Source: Camelus ferus
Lineage: Eukaryota
Length of the DNA stretch: 64,000 nt
Reading direction: 5' to 3'
NCBI RefSeq assembly: GCF_009834535.1
Contig: NC_045697.1
Location: forward strand, 88,600,001 to 88,664,000
The position numbers and the translations under genes were made by a program. Under the pieces are notes generated by a model, which was not told the origin of the DNA, ran no database searches, and worked only from the letters and a program-made list of their open reading frames with translations. Position 1 is the stretch's first letter. Every line of letters starts with the position of its first letter. This document shows, piece after piece, positions 39,066 through 53,134 of this stretch.

Positions 39066-42000
39066 GCTTCATTATTCTTGAAAGTGAAGGAAAGGGTATC
39101 CTTTTGGCAGTTTGTCAGTGCATGTCAAAACATTGGATATAATAGAAAGATGATTATTTGAAATGGTCTCATTAGCTAATCTGAAGCAATTTTTTTCCCT
39201 TCTGAGTTAGAAAAGATGTTTGAACTTTATAGTTTTTATTTTAAGTTATTCATTGTCACCAAAGTGAAAAGGTATATCCTTAGTATTTCCATGATGGTGA
39301 AATATTAAGTACTTCTAAAATGTGGGTAAAATTTAAATATATAACATTTTGTTCTGCATTAGTAGGAATTTTACCAACCCCATAATAACTTCAGAAACTA
39401 GAAAATAAAAATCTGTCTTTGAGAAAGTCATTAACTGTTACTCATTTATACAGCTAAAATACAACCAGAATTATATCTAAAAGTCAACCCTGAAGAAAAG
39501 TTTCTAAATTTATGTTCTTATGATAGCATTCTGTCTATCAAAGGAAAATATAGTATTATGAGAAATATTTATCTGTAAAGCTTCATACAGTGACACAATT
39601 TACATTAGATTTTTATAGAGTAGTCCAAACACAACATATTCATCAAAATGCCTCAGCCAGAGTTAGGTACCCACTTGCTTAAGGGTTAGTGTTAGATATG
39701 CAGTTACCATAATCTATACAAAGCAACCCTGGCAGATCAATTCTCACTCTTGTGGATGGTACTATCTACTGCTCCCTTGAGTCCCCGGGGAAATAAAAAA
39801 TGAGGGAAAAGCAATTCTTAGCATTTTGTGGCATTCTGCACATAGTGGTACTAATTATACCATCCTTGACTTATTAGAAGCCATATAAATTGCAAAGAAC
39901 AGAGACTAAACCTTATAAATTATTTTAGAGTGTGTAGTATACTGGTAGAAATGAATTAATCATTATAAAAAATTATGAAATCTCAGACTGATAGCTTTCA
40001 TAGTTTTCACTACCTCCACCCTCTCCTCGGCCTCCATCCCTGAATCTGCCAAACCTTTATTTGCTATTGATTCAGCAGCTAAGTAAATGCACTCTTTTCC
40101 TCAGGCTTGTTGAAAAAGAGATTAGATGATGCTCTGCCCTGAAGACTTGACCCATGGAGGCAGGATTTACAAGTTATTTTCTGCCTAACGCTTCTCTTTG
40201 GGCACAGTCTAAACATGTGACTTTGTTACCATAGATTAAACAAATTTCTTCACCTAGTCTATAATAGAGGTCAAAGCATTTCTATTCCACTGATTTTATT
40301 ATAACAGTAGTTCAAGGAACTGTGATTGTATGACAAACAAAAAGGATGCATAGGATATAAGGTTGAAAAAGTGATTTTCAAAAATAGCAATTATGTAACC
40401 CATAGTATAGATCAAAGTGTAAATTTAAATAAAATATCAAAACATATGCTTTTAATAATAATACTTTATGACCCTTTGCTCCAGGTTTCCTTTCCTCCAT
40501 CTAATCATTGAGCAGTCATTTGTGACAAATGGCAACCAAAAAAAAAAAAAAAAATGGAAAGGAAGAAAAACAGAGCTATTTAATGGCAGAGCTATTATAT
40601 TTTTTAAATTGTTGTGGCCTCATTTCAAGGAAGATGATTAATAGAGACTTATTTTTTATTATTGGATCCTTTCAAACAAAGGGCATTTCAGAGACAAAAT
40701 AGGATGTAACAATATAATAAATGTGTACATATTTTTCTAATATTTCTCATGTGTTATGAACTAAACATGAAAAATGAAAAACTTATTTTTCACTTTAATA
40801 AAGTTTAAGGTTTTCTGAAAGTCAATCATAACCATCATGAGATGGACAATACAATAACATGCATTCTAAATAGACTCTCAGGTCATTTTAGTTACCATAT
40901 GAAATTGCTACTAAGAGGCATTGTACCTTATGTCATTATAGCCATCATATGTCATATTCATATTAGAACTCTATACAGTTTACGTATATAGCACAGATTT
41001 GCCTTCTTGTTTGTGAAGTGCTTACTTTTATCTACTGCAATATTAAAAGTAAATAAACATGATGGTAATGGTTGTTTTGAGAACCTCTGTCTTTATCACA
41101 TTAAGATTATCCCACTCGATCGTTTTTTTTCCCCCAGTTTATGTGTTCTTCGTCTGCTTGTTGCTTTCCCTCTGTTCTTCCTTGGGACACGTATGCCTGC
41201 TACAGGTATTTTAATAGCAAGATAGATGTAAGGGCCTGAGGAGCCTAATTTAATCTCCATGTTTCTAGCCTCACCTTTCATTGCCATCTTCTATACTTTG
41301 CATCTCTAAATCCAGAGTGACTGTAGAGAAAACTAAAAATAAACAGCTGCAGGAAGTGTAAGGCAAGGGGAGAGAGATACACCAGGCTGCCTTAGGAGGG
41401 AAAAGGAATCTGTGTGTTAAACCCTTCTACTTGCAGTCTTGACCCTCCCTTTACCTTTCTCTATTGCCTTACGCTTCCAAATCCTGGGCATCCTTGTGGT
41501 TCAGCAGTAACCTTCCTTGTTACTCTTCTTCCACTCTGAAGCTCTTAGGTAACAGCCATTTCCATTTTGCTAAGTAATTTACCAATTCTCCCACACCTAC
41601 TTGCCTTCCAAAGATTTATTAAAATCTCTTTGTCATCTCATCTTCTCTTTGTCCTTGTGGGTTTACACCTTTTTATTTCATCTCTCTCCTTTTATGAGCT
41701 TTTGAGAAGCAGCCATGATAATTCTCTGCAGTAAATCTGCCACATTTGGTCTGATTTCTGTTAGAATTTGGGGGTAACTAATTTCACTGCAAATCACCTC
41801 ATGCTTCTCGGATCCTTAATATTTAATAATATCTTTGAACCTGTATATAAATGTGCATTAGCAAGATTCTAAGGGCCAGGACTTGGAAGAGAGAAACGAA
41901 TGATACACTGTGCTCCTTGTCATTAAGAGATCATTCAACAACATTTTAATGATCAGTCTCTGACCTTGTGAATGCCTTACAGGCACTCAGCTCACACACT

Positions 42001-43149
42001 CATCAGTTTACCTCCTACCTGTAGGGTATCATTGGGGTAATTTCTGCATGCTAATGAGACTCCATCTACTAGAAAGGTATCCTTTAAAAAATTAGCTGAA
42101 GACAGAAGTTACTATATTTTCAGTTTAGTCTTACAATCCTAGAAACTCCCATTGAAAAAGCTAGTATAATTATTTTGAGTAAATTTATTTGACAAAAAAA
42201 AGCAAGTTTACTAGAAATTTAATTTTTTAAAAAGGGGGAGTGTCCTATCATCTTGGGTGCTTTTGTGTTTCTTCACCTTTAAAGGGCAGATAAGATCAGA
42301 AGTGAAATAGAACGGCTGCTTTGTTATGACAGTAATGAGCTAGAATAGGACTAGATAAAAAAGACTGTAGATATGGGGTCACAGAGCGGTGAGACTTCAT
42401 GAATTTATTCATTGAAATGTGGTCATGTCCCCATAAAATAAGATGTCATCATTACAAGTGTGGATGGCTCTGTTGCACAGCACTGCTGTCTAACTCTGCT
42501 ATGAGGGAGTCAGCCAAAAACGGGTGTTTATATTTGACTGAAAATAGGAAAATTATTAAAATTTCAAGGAGGAACAAAAAGTACAGGGTCACTCCCTAGA
42601 AGACTTAGCATTTTGCCTTTTGATAGTATTGTCATAATAAAAATGTATGTTTCTGAAAAAGAAGTATGAAATGAGGTTTTCATGGATACAATGTTAATTA
42701 GTGAGTTATCCTAAGAGAAACAAATAAGAAGTTTGTTCTAAATCTGAAGGGAGTTAAGTTCAATGGAGTTTTAAAGCTGTTTAAGATAGAAATACTAATT
42801 TTTTAAAAAGTTGCACTGCTTTGATGTCTTGAGGTACATGCTACAGTCATTCCTTTGATAATTTCTAGCATCTTCAAGTTCTTATTTTCTACAGCTCAAC
42901 CTCACAGTTCACCAATAAAAATAATTATTGCTAAAATTAAAAAAGCACAGATCAGAAATCAATTAAAAATTTTTTTATAAATATCCCAAACTTAAAAAAA
43001 AATCATTGAAGCCTCTTATAATGTTAGAACACCCTCATCGCTGTCATTTTACATAACTACTTTGAAAGAATATAATTTAGGCTTTCATTTTTATTTTCTA
43101 ACTTAGAATCTTTTTTTAAGAGACAGAACTAGAGGACAAGTGCATTTTA

Positions 43150-44330
43150 CAAATACATAATAACATTGTCACGTTCTATTGTATCTTCTTTTAAAATATA
43201 TGTACATAAATTTTTGTTATACACATTTAAGCCATATAAAAAAGTACAGGGAATGCTGTAATAAATATTCATGAACACACCATATTTCTTTTAGTCGTTC
43301 AAAAAATTACAGATGTAATTAAAGTCTACTTAATATCATGTTCTGATACGATTCGCCTATATAACTACAGAGATAATCAAGAACCTAATGGTTTGTATTC
43401 TGCTTGAGAGTACTTTTAAAGATATAGCTACTTTGTACATTTCTCCTATTCATTTTCTATTTTAATAAATTCTGTTCTCATCTTTATTATTTTATTTTAG
43501 TTTTTTTCAATTTTATTCTATTAGTTTTATTTGTATTTGTTGTTCTATTTTCTAACTTTCTAATGATTAACATATTGACTTTCAATACTTATTAAAAACA
43601 CATTTAAAACAAACAAACAAAAATAATGCCCACCTTCACCACTTCTGTTCAACATTGTACTGGACGCTCCAAGCAAAGCGAGCACAGAAGAGAAACAAAT
43701 GGCATCCAAATTGGACAGTAAACTCTTTTTACTTGATTGTCTTAAAATGTCTTGATCTTCTTTTAACTGATGGCTTAACTGAGTATAGAAATAGAGTTTG
43801 AAATATTTCCTTTGCACTTTGAAAATATATTGGCATTATTGTTACTATGGAGAAATCTGTTGTCAGTGTAACAGTCCATCTAGTAATCTTTACCATCAGG
43901 TAGATTTAATCAGTTTTCCCTTATTCTTAATTTTCTACAGTTTCACTAGGATGAAGGTAGGTAACACATTTTTTAAAAAGCCTGCTCAAAAGTCATGATG
44001 TATTTTCAGTATGAAGTACAGTTCTGGACATTTTTTAGCTATCATCTTGAGTTTTACTTTTCTGCCATCTCTCCATTGTATTTTTGAAGTACTTTAAACT
44101 GCTGTTTATATCTCTACAAACTCCCCCATGTTTACCTCCTTGCTCTGAGTGATCCTTCCTAGGATCATTCTTCTGTTCTATCTTTCAATTAACTACTATT
44201 TTTTTACTCTGCAGAAACTCCACTTCATTACAGGGTTAATTCCCTTTATGGATTATTTTTAATTTTAATGACTATCTTTAAAAAATATATTTTAAATGTA
44301 TGTGTTGTTTTATTTTTGTTTTCCTGGACT
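43150..44330 (-). mobile_element. Ancient L1 fragments (minus strand)
   Basis: T-rich degenerate L1 antisense sequence (ttctattttctaactttc, gcactttgaaaatatattggcatta, ggagaaatctgttgtcagt). Bounds are approximate. Confidence 0.5.
43627..43716 (+). mobile_element. Short L1 ORF2 RT-domain fragment
   Basis: Translates CPPSPLLFNIVLD, matching the L1 RT motif CPLSPLLFNIVLE, followed by ggcatccaaattgga (GIQIG). Confidence 0.75.
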
Positions 44331-46859
44331 CAAAATCTAGCAGATCTGCAGCTTCAGTTCTTCTCAGTTCTAAGAATTTGTTTTTTATTTTTGCTTCCCA
44401 GAACTAATTCTATTGTTTTGAGCCTGAGAGAGGGTTTTAATGTTTCTTCTTTTGTACCTTATGTATCATACTTATTTGTTCAGGTAAAGGAAAAGCACTG
44501 TCAAAGTGTGCATTTATAATGCAATCTTCACTAGAAGTGTGAACAATTTGGGGAATTTTTGGTGAAGGTATTGTAAGGGGAGACATAAAAGGAGGTGAAA
44601 ATCTGGAGAGTTGTTAAAATTGTTATTGCAATATACATTTTTAGTAAATTTTTCAGTTTTTTTTTTACTTTTAGTTAACATAAACTTTTTTTTTTTAAGT
44701 TTATTAAACACTTTCCCTGCTTTTTTGGATAAACAATTTTTTTTACCACTGTATCATTTGTATTTAATGTTGTAATATGATACTCTTGGCACAGTTTTTC
44801 ATAAAAATTTCTGAGTATAACATTTTTAAGAAAAATTAGTGGAGATAACGAGGACTGTTTGCTTGGAAACCCTTAAGAACTGCAGATTTTCCTTGGATAC
44901 TCTCCATAGGTGACCTTTCTACTTGCAGGACACAAAACAAAGACTCGTGTACTTTTTTTAGCTGTGAAGTGACTATCTGACTCTATGAAGGGCTGTAATC
45001 AACATGAATTCTCTTTTGGCAGCAATACTGGCTCAATAGTTCCTTTGATTTGGAATAGATTATGAACCACTAAGGAAAGATTGCTTATTTTATTCTTTCT
45101 CTGTAAGTGGAACTTTGTACATTTTACACTAGAACTCTGATTCAAATCATAAAGATAATTGTTTTTTAGCTATGCACGGCAAATTCTAAATAATTTCAAC
45201 TCCATTATCAAGTTATTTGAAAAAGTACAATATTGATGAATATAACATTATCAGGTGTTCTTATCTATACATTAGAATTTCAAGATAAAGAGCGCTGAAA
45301 ATATTCAGTGTTTTATTTACAGATTTTATAGCCACATAGTCAAACCATGATTTCCAGAACAGTTGTCTAGCATTGTGAGAAGAATGTGGGAGAAGGAGAG
45401 AAAACGTGACTTCACTCTGTGAATCAACTGGATCCAAGCGTCAAGTAATTTCATCTTCTCTCTCTTCTCATGTTTTCCACTATGGTCTTTCCGACAGAAC
45501 GATTGATGGTTTCAATCTCTCCACTAAAATTGTGTAAGAAAGACTTGCTTTTCCTAATCAGCTGGGGAGGGGGGTGAAATAAGAGTCTTTGCTTTTACCA
45601 CACGTGGAAGCATTTACTGTTCAGCTAGCCGATGTTGAGAGGTTGATTTCTCAAAAGATTTAGCTTTTAGTTAAACGCTCCCAGAATGAACACTAACACT
45701 CCAGCATGCAAGAAAGGAGGATACTTGATACTACATTAGTGAGTTTCCCTGCAGCGTTCTTCTGGTGTCATTACTCCCGCTCAAAAGTTAACTCAGAATT
45801 TGAAAAGCCAGTAAAAACTGATTCAAAGTTATACTTAAAAGATGAATTCATCATGAATGCAAAAACTTTTGCATGAAGTAAAAAGAGAAATATATTCTTT
45901 GCCATGTAATTTCTGACAGTATGATTCCAATGCAGGGTGAGAATGACCAAATGAGAATATTTTTTGTATTTTTGGTGGCAAAGTAATTAAAGTCACTCCT
46001 CATAGCTGACTTTCATGATGTACTTCATTTATGGATGAATGGGCCTGTAACAGTTCCTTTCTGGATTTGTTTTTTTCTGAGACATTCTGGGTTATATAAT
46101 AAAATAAAAGTAATCATGGCTAGGTTCTAAAATGTGCTCTTTTTAGACAAAGCTTTCCACATGAAGGCTTAGTAAATTTCCATCTGTTTTAGCTAGAGAT
46201 CGTTGAGGATCTTTCAGTCCTCAAAAGCTACTTTGATAATAAGCAGACAGAAAGACCTCCAGGGTTTCGGATTTCCTACCACAACGAACCGGCTTCAGCC
46301 AGGATGACTCTCATATTTTGCAGAACTCATTTTATTTAGTTAGAAGTTAAATGCTACTGAAAATCAGCTTCAACTGGGATACCCATCCCATTTTTTAAAA
46401 AGGAAAAAGTCTTTTCAATCAGAATAAATATGTCTCAAATATCTAAAGGCATCCAAATAAAGCATTTGTTCTGAGCCAGTGGCCCTCCCTGGGTGTTGAT
46501 GGTGAGTGGTTGTCACCGGATTTGCTTCTCAGTTTGTGTGCCTCAAAGCAACAGAAGGGCTGGACTCCTGGGACTTGTAAATGATGTTTCACAACAGGGA
46601 CAGAAGTTCCTTAAGGTCAAGGGAACTGTGTTTTAAATTTGTTTACATGCTCAGTGTCTTTTTAAGTGTTCTACACAAAACTAAATGAATTATAATTACC
46701 TGGATTTCTTGAAGTACCATGTCTTTTAGAAATATTCTGTATATATGTATTTATTTCTTTATGATGCTCTATGAATGAAAAAGGGAGAGATTTTTCTTTT
46801 CACAGATAAGCTAGTAAGAAATTTCTTTTACAATTATCTTTTCCCCTCTACTGGCACTC

Positions 46860-47010
46860 ACCACAATCTGTATCTGTCCCACCACCAGCGAGAATGCAAG
46901 CTTCATAAAGACTCGGATTTGGTTTGTTTTGTTCATTGATATCTCCCCAGAGTCTAGACTAGTGCATGGCATATAGTTGGCAGTCAATAAGTAGCCATTT
47001 AATAAATAAG
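46860..47010 (+). mobile_element. L2 3' end remnant
   Basis: agaatgcaagcttcata...tgttttgttcattgatatctccccagagtctagactagtgcatggcatatagttggcagtcaataag. Confidence 0.7.
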
Positions 47011-48305
47011 TTCACACTTACCCCACATTTTGAGAGGGGTTAACACAGTCGTTCGGGTGAAAGCTCATGATGGGATCACTAGGAGCTCAGGCAAAGATGA
47101 GTAGCAAGACCTCAATAAATATTAACAATTATTTGTGTCAGGTGTCTATGACTCCCACTTTTACTGATGGAAGGTGATTTAAGATCCTTAATCTCAAGAA
47201 GAGATAAGGGGGATACATTCCAGCAAAGAAAAACCCTGGAAAATATGCTCAAAAATATTTCTTTCAAAAGGGTCTATTTATTTTTATAAAATCCTTTAAA
47301 CAAAACAGTGATTCTGTCATCTCAGATGCAAGCATCAAGAAGATATGTAGATGAATACATATGCATTTACATACCTACAATGCCTTATGCATATACCTAT
47401 ATATCTCTATCAGTATCTGTATCAATGTATCATATACACATGTACATGTCTGCATATTGTATGCATTTTTACCACTGTGGTTTTTTTTTAATATGATCCT
47501 TGCTAAATTTAATTATCTGAGAATCCGCTGCAAGTTATTTTCCAGTGAATTTGCAAATTAAGTATAATTATTTTAAGTAAATGCATAAGAGAACGGAGAA
47601 TGCAATTCACACCTCACTGCACAGATTTACTTTGAGAAGCCTCATGTAGAATCTTATCAAGCTGATTTGCTTGCATTTTATTTTCCACTCTACCTACAAT
47701 CAATATTCCTTCTCATTTTAGTCTCTGAAGTAGGAAGTTATACTTTGACCTTTGGTTGATTATTTTAGACCAGTAATTAACACTTCCATTATATTTGTGT
47801 AATCAAAAAAATTTTAATGAACTTCTAGATTGGAAGAAAAATATCTACTTTTATAGTTCAAACTCTGCTTTGAAAAAGATATTCTAAAATTGGGTGTAGG
47901 AGTAATAGGTAAAAATTTATTGTCATTCTACCTGAAACACTACCCAGGCAATCTTAAGTAATCCAGTGTTTTCAACTGAACATATTAGTAACTTATATGC
48001 CATGGATCACAGTAAGAAACATAGTAGGATATACTGAATAAGCACAAGTCATTTCCTGTAACTGGAGCTATTAAGTACACATTTAATTCTGTATATTTAG
48101 TATTCTATAAATTAAAAGTGCATACCAACAAAGCCCATATTCTTGCAAAACTGTTTTTTATAAAAGTAGCAGTAAAAAATGAATAAACAAAATTGCACAA
48201 ATGAATAAACAAATGAGAATAATAATTTCAAATTATTTCTTATAAAAACAGAGTTTCAAGTGCTCAAAAGCAAGAGACAAAGAAACAGAAATAAAGTTTC
48301 CTTAC

Positions 48306-48416
48306 TGGTTTTTCTGTCACCTTCAGGATAGATCATCGGAGATGTTCTTCTTTAAGGGGTAAGTCATGTAAGGATTTCTCACCACAAACAAACTTTCCGA
48401 GTCATATTTAAAACTC
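48306..48416 (-). other. Candidate 111-nt non-coding exon
   Basis: Minus-strand acceptor cccttattttag and donor CCA|gtaagg. Stops occur in all frames. Confidence 0.25.
48327..48358 (+). other. Candidate 32-nt micro-exon
   Basis: tttttctgtcaccttcag|GATAGATC...TAAGGG|gtaagt. Confidence 0.3.
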
Positions 48417-48679
48417 CTAAAATAAGGGCTGTGTGGAAATGCCAGTTCTGGGGACTGAGTTGTGAAGGATTCATTGCAATAATGTCCTAACTGATCCCTA
48501 GCATGCTTGATGTGAACTACATGATAATTAAAAGCAAATGTCAAATTTACTCTGTTCTTTTTCTAAGCAAAGGGAGAATATTTAAAATGGAACAAAATTA
48601 TTTCCATGAAGTTAGTTGCATTAGCACTAGTTTATTTTTCACACTGCTGTATAGTATCCTAGTGCAGGAATATGAAATT

Positions 48680-49258
48680 TCCTTATCCCTTTAGTACTGT
48701 AGACATTTAGATTTTTTCAGTATTTAAATATTACAAATAATGTGGCTACAATCATTCCTATACATATCTACTGGTGCTCAATGGACACATTTTTATTGGG
48801 AAGATATCTTAGGGGTAAAAGTGTTGATAGGTGTATGTTTGGTTTAGTAGATGGTGTCAAATAGTGAGCACAAGTGATTGTTTATCAATTTACATCCCCC
48901 CAATAGCACTGAGACAAGACTTGCTTCTCATTTCCCCTGTAAGACCTATTGTTTTTGTTTTAATTTAAGCCACTCTGGAGACTATTTAGTGCTATCTCAT
49001 TGTTTTATTTTGCATTTCCCTGAAGAATGATGAAAATGGTCACTTTTTCACTTGCTTCACGGCCATTTGTACATAAGGTTTGTATATACCAGTTTGTCTT
49101 GCTTAGTTTCGGTTGGGCTGTCTGTCTTTTTCTTTTTGATTTGCAGCAGTTGTTTATATATTCTAATACAAATCCTGCATTAGACCTATATTTGCAAATT
49201 TTCTCCCACTTTGACTTACCTCTCACTTTCCTAATGATGTTTTGATGAATGGAAATTC
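48680..49258 (-). mobile_element. Old L1M 3'/ORF2 fragment
   Basis: tgtagacatttagatt, ctcattgttttattttgcatttccctga, ttatatattctaatacaaatcc, tttgcaaattttctccca. Confidence 0.7.
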
Positions 49259-49905
49259 TTTTTTTACTGAGGTATAGTTGACCATATTATATTAGTTTCA
49301 GGTGTACAATATAGTGATACAACATTTTTATGGATTATATTCCATTTAGTTGTTTTAAAATGTTGGCTATATTCCCTTTGTTGTGCAGTATAACCTTATG
49401 GCTTATTTATTTTAAACATAATAGTTTGCACCTCTTAATTCCCTACCCCTCTTTTGCCTCCTGCCTTCCCTCTCCCCACTGGTATCCACTTATTTGCTCC
49501 CTGTATCCATGAGTCTGTTTCTTTTTTGTCATTTCACAGGTTTATTGTATTATTTAGATTCCACATATAAGTGATAGCATAGAGTATTTGTCTTTCTCTG
49601 TCAACTTATTTCACTATGCATAACACCCTCCAGGTCCATCTTATTGTTGCAAATGGTAAACTTTCATTCTTTTTTAACAGCTGAGTAGCATTCCACTGCA
49701 TTTATATATACTGGATCTTCTTTATCCATTCATCTGTTGATGGACACTTGAGTTGTTCCCATATCTTGGCTGTTGCAAATAATGCTGCTATGAATATTGC
49801 AGTGCATATACTTTTTCAAATTAGTGTTTTCATTTTCTTCAAATATATACCCAGGAGTGGAATTATTGGGTCATATGGTATTTCTGTTTTAAGTTTTTTG
49901 AAGAA
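49259..49905 (-). mobile_element. Cetartiodactyl L1 3' end (5'-truncated)
   Basis: Poly-T then gaggtatagttgac...agtttcaggtgtacaa, tttagattccacatataagtgata, atccattcatctgttgatggacactt, atacccaggagtggaattattgggtcatatgg. Confidence 0.85.
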
Positions 49906-50649
49906 AGCGCTAGTATACCCTTATTAGTAATGTATATGCCACTGATCACAGTAAGAAACATAATAGGATATACTGAATAAGCACAAGCCATATTCTTATT
50001 GATTTACAGCCGTGTAATAAAGATAATGTCTGCTTTCAGGGAAAAGTTTCAGCAAGGGTGCTTCCAGTTCATTATAAAATATTGGTTCTCTAAACTTGTA
50101 ATTCTTTAGCTAGTTTACTTTCTGGGGATCCAATCACATTTCTCAGACTTTTTACTTTGTGACTTATGGGTCTCTTACATTAGTTTATTATTTTCCTTCT
50201 TAATATATCTTTTAGTCTGTATATTTCTGATCCAACATGAAACTCACTAATACTCTTACTTGCTGGGTCTAATCTACTTTAATCTGTTCAATTCTCCATT
50301 TGTTGTTGTATCTTTGCTCTATTTCTTTGCATTTCTTTTTTAGATTTCATTCTGTCATATATTTTCTTGAATATATTATTCACAGCTGTTTCAGTGTCTG
50401 AAAATTTTAATATCCAGATAACTTGTGGGTCTTTTTGAAATATCTGTTTTATCTCTTGGCTATTTTTTAATTGAATAGAATTTTTACTGAATGCTGAAAA
50501 TTATGTATGATATCACTTGTCCCCAACTTTTTAATCTATAATGTCTTCTTTTCTGATGAAAGCTTTGAAGTTCCACTTCAATAATTAAGTCACAACTGTA
50601 TAATATTTCACAATTATAACTCCATCTTTCTTTAAGGATTCTTCAAGCC

Positions 50650-51185
50650 TAATAATATATATTTCAAGTGCTAACCTAGAACCAGAATTCTATATTCAAA
50701 AAAACTACCCTTTAAGAATAAAGGTGAAATTAAGACATTTTCATAAAGAAAAATTGAGAAAATTTCTTGCTATTAGACTTTCTCTAAAAGAAATACTTAA
50801 GAAAGTTTTTTAGCCAGAGGAAAATGATAGCAGAAGCAAAGTTGGAATATCAGGAGTGATAATACTAAGTCATGGCTCGGATTTGCAGCAGCTAGAACTC
50901 TTGGCCATTGCTGGTGGGAGTGCAAAATGTCCTAGGTATTCTGGAAAAATAGTTGGCAATTTCTTACAAAGTTAAACATATAGTTTCTATGTGACCCAGC
51001 AATCCCACTCTTGGGTAATGTTCACAAAATAACCTGTCCATGAATACTTACTGTAGCTCTATTCATAACTTTCAAGAACTGGAAACAACCCAAATATCCT
51101 TTGATGGGTGAATGGATCAACAAACTCTGGTATATCCATGTCTGCACAACAGAATACCAATTAGAAATAAGAAGGAACAAACTTT
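50650..51185 (+). mobile_element. Ancient L1 ORF1-end and 3' fragments
   Basis: agaattctatattca...aaggtgaaattaagacatttt; gctggtgggagtgcaaaat, gacccagcaatcccactc, aactggaaacaacccaaatatcc. Confidence 0.7.
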
Positions 51186-53134
51186 GCCTTTTGATCTTGA
51201 TTGTGGTAGAGATTCAACATATTTATAGATATATTAAAATATTTAGAAGTTTTAAACTCATATTCTTCGTGACTATAGAGAAAACTTGGGGAAATATTGT
51301 GGAAATGTTGAAGCTCTATAATGAAAATCCATCAAGACCAAATAGCATGGCTTCTGCTATTGGACCTCATTTGTTGGTGTCTAATTAAAAGAATCATTTG
51401 CATTTGCTAATGAATGTGTTTAGCTTCTAGTCAAATAATTATTCAACAAGCATGTGATTTAATTTTAATCTCAATTCTCCAGTGGCTCACTTTTCAAGCT
51501 TATTTAAATATTACCCTTCAAAATGAGTGTTATTAACGTGTATGGCACTTGTTCCTTGTCTTTTCATCATTATTTTATTAGCTTTTCCCCCCTCTTCTCT
51601 TTTACCCTGTTTCCAGCTTTTATTTAGCACTCTAACTCTGGATGAGCTTATACTCTGGAAAGAATGCATCAAATTCCACAGAATCAAGCCTTATTTTTCC
51701 AAAAATTGGGTGAGCTCCCAGAAGACATTTAATGCTTCATAGTTTTATAGTTTAAGCAGTAAAGGAGAGGAAACTAATTCTCTCTCCATTCTCATGCCCT
51801 CTCTCGAAATATAATTGAAACAGAACCTTCTGTACTCTTGCTGATTTGTTTTGACATCCATGAACAGCCTTGCAGAGACATATTTTTTCTTCTTTCCTCT
51901 GTTATATCCATTATTGATTTTTATTAATATTCCATTACATATTATACAGCATGAATAGGAAGTTATGCAACTATTAGGCCAAACTGACAAATATTCAAAT
52001 GAGAAGCAAGGTAGTTGATAACTAAGAGTGTAAAGTATTCCTGTGAATAAGAAGATTTTATAAGAATAGAATGCATCTTGCTTTTAAGTTATTTTATCTT
52101 CTTCTGGATGTGGAAATTTTGTTTGAACAAGTAAGACTGTAATTTTCCATACCAGAAAAATCCATTTTACTGACCAAAAATCATCGGAAATATAGCAACA
52201 TACCTTATTCAGATTATTTCTAAAATCTTCATTTCTCGTATTACTATTAAGCATGGAAAATGACTCACTTTTTGATATTTATTGCCTTTAGGGGCTTAAT
52301 TTGTATTTCTATGAAATTAATGGCTCATTATATAGAACAATCCTAATAAAATTACACATTTGGCCAAGGAATATGGCATGTGTCAATAATTAGAACACCA
52401 ATAATGATTTTCACAGACTTTAGCTTGGGCTTTGAGACTACAACTTTTTCCCATTAATTTTATTTCACTTCATGAAACTTGGAAAGTATGTAGTATAAAG
52501 CAAGATGCATAATCCCCAGATCCAAGAAAAGAAGAAAAGAAAAAGTGTTTTTAAATTTAATTTTCATAATATTTTTGTATTATTATCACCATTTTATTTT
52601 TCCTGCAGAATCAATTTGTGATTATGTGAACCAAATAGTGGAAATGCTCAAATAATAATTGTTTAGTGTTTCTTCTGAATTCATAAGAAGAAGAGAGAAA
52701 CTCCAGTAACCACATTTATAATAGGAACTTTTAAAAGGCAAACTCAGATTATATAATCCTTGCAGGTTAATTTTATGTTTTTCACCTTCTAGATTTAGCA
52801 TCTCCTATAGAATTTGACCATAAAATCTGGAAAATGTCTTCAGTCATCAAGTACATCAAATTGCTATTTTCTTTTGTTGAGATACTTCAAAGTACTAAAA
52901 AATAAGAGAGATTTAATTTTTAAAATTTAGTATACAGGATTTTAAGGTAGGAGAATAAAAAGGGTTTAAATTACTTGCACACTTTTTATAATTTACTTTA
53001 TACAAATATAGTGTGTGTTGATGAGGGAAATCTTGGAGATTCAGGAGAGGATAATGAAGGGGAAATTATTTATTCTTTCACTACCCACGCATAGTTCTGA
53101 TAATATATTGTTGTTCAGTACTTCTGCTCTTTAT

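Noticed and set aside
46206..46225. Hairpin tgagga...tcctca as a possible small RNA
   Set aside because: The 6-bp stem is too short for a pre-miRNA and is expected by chance.
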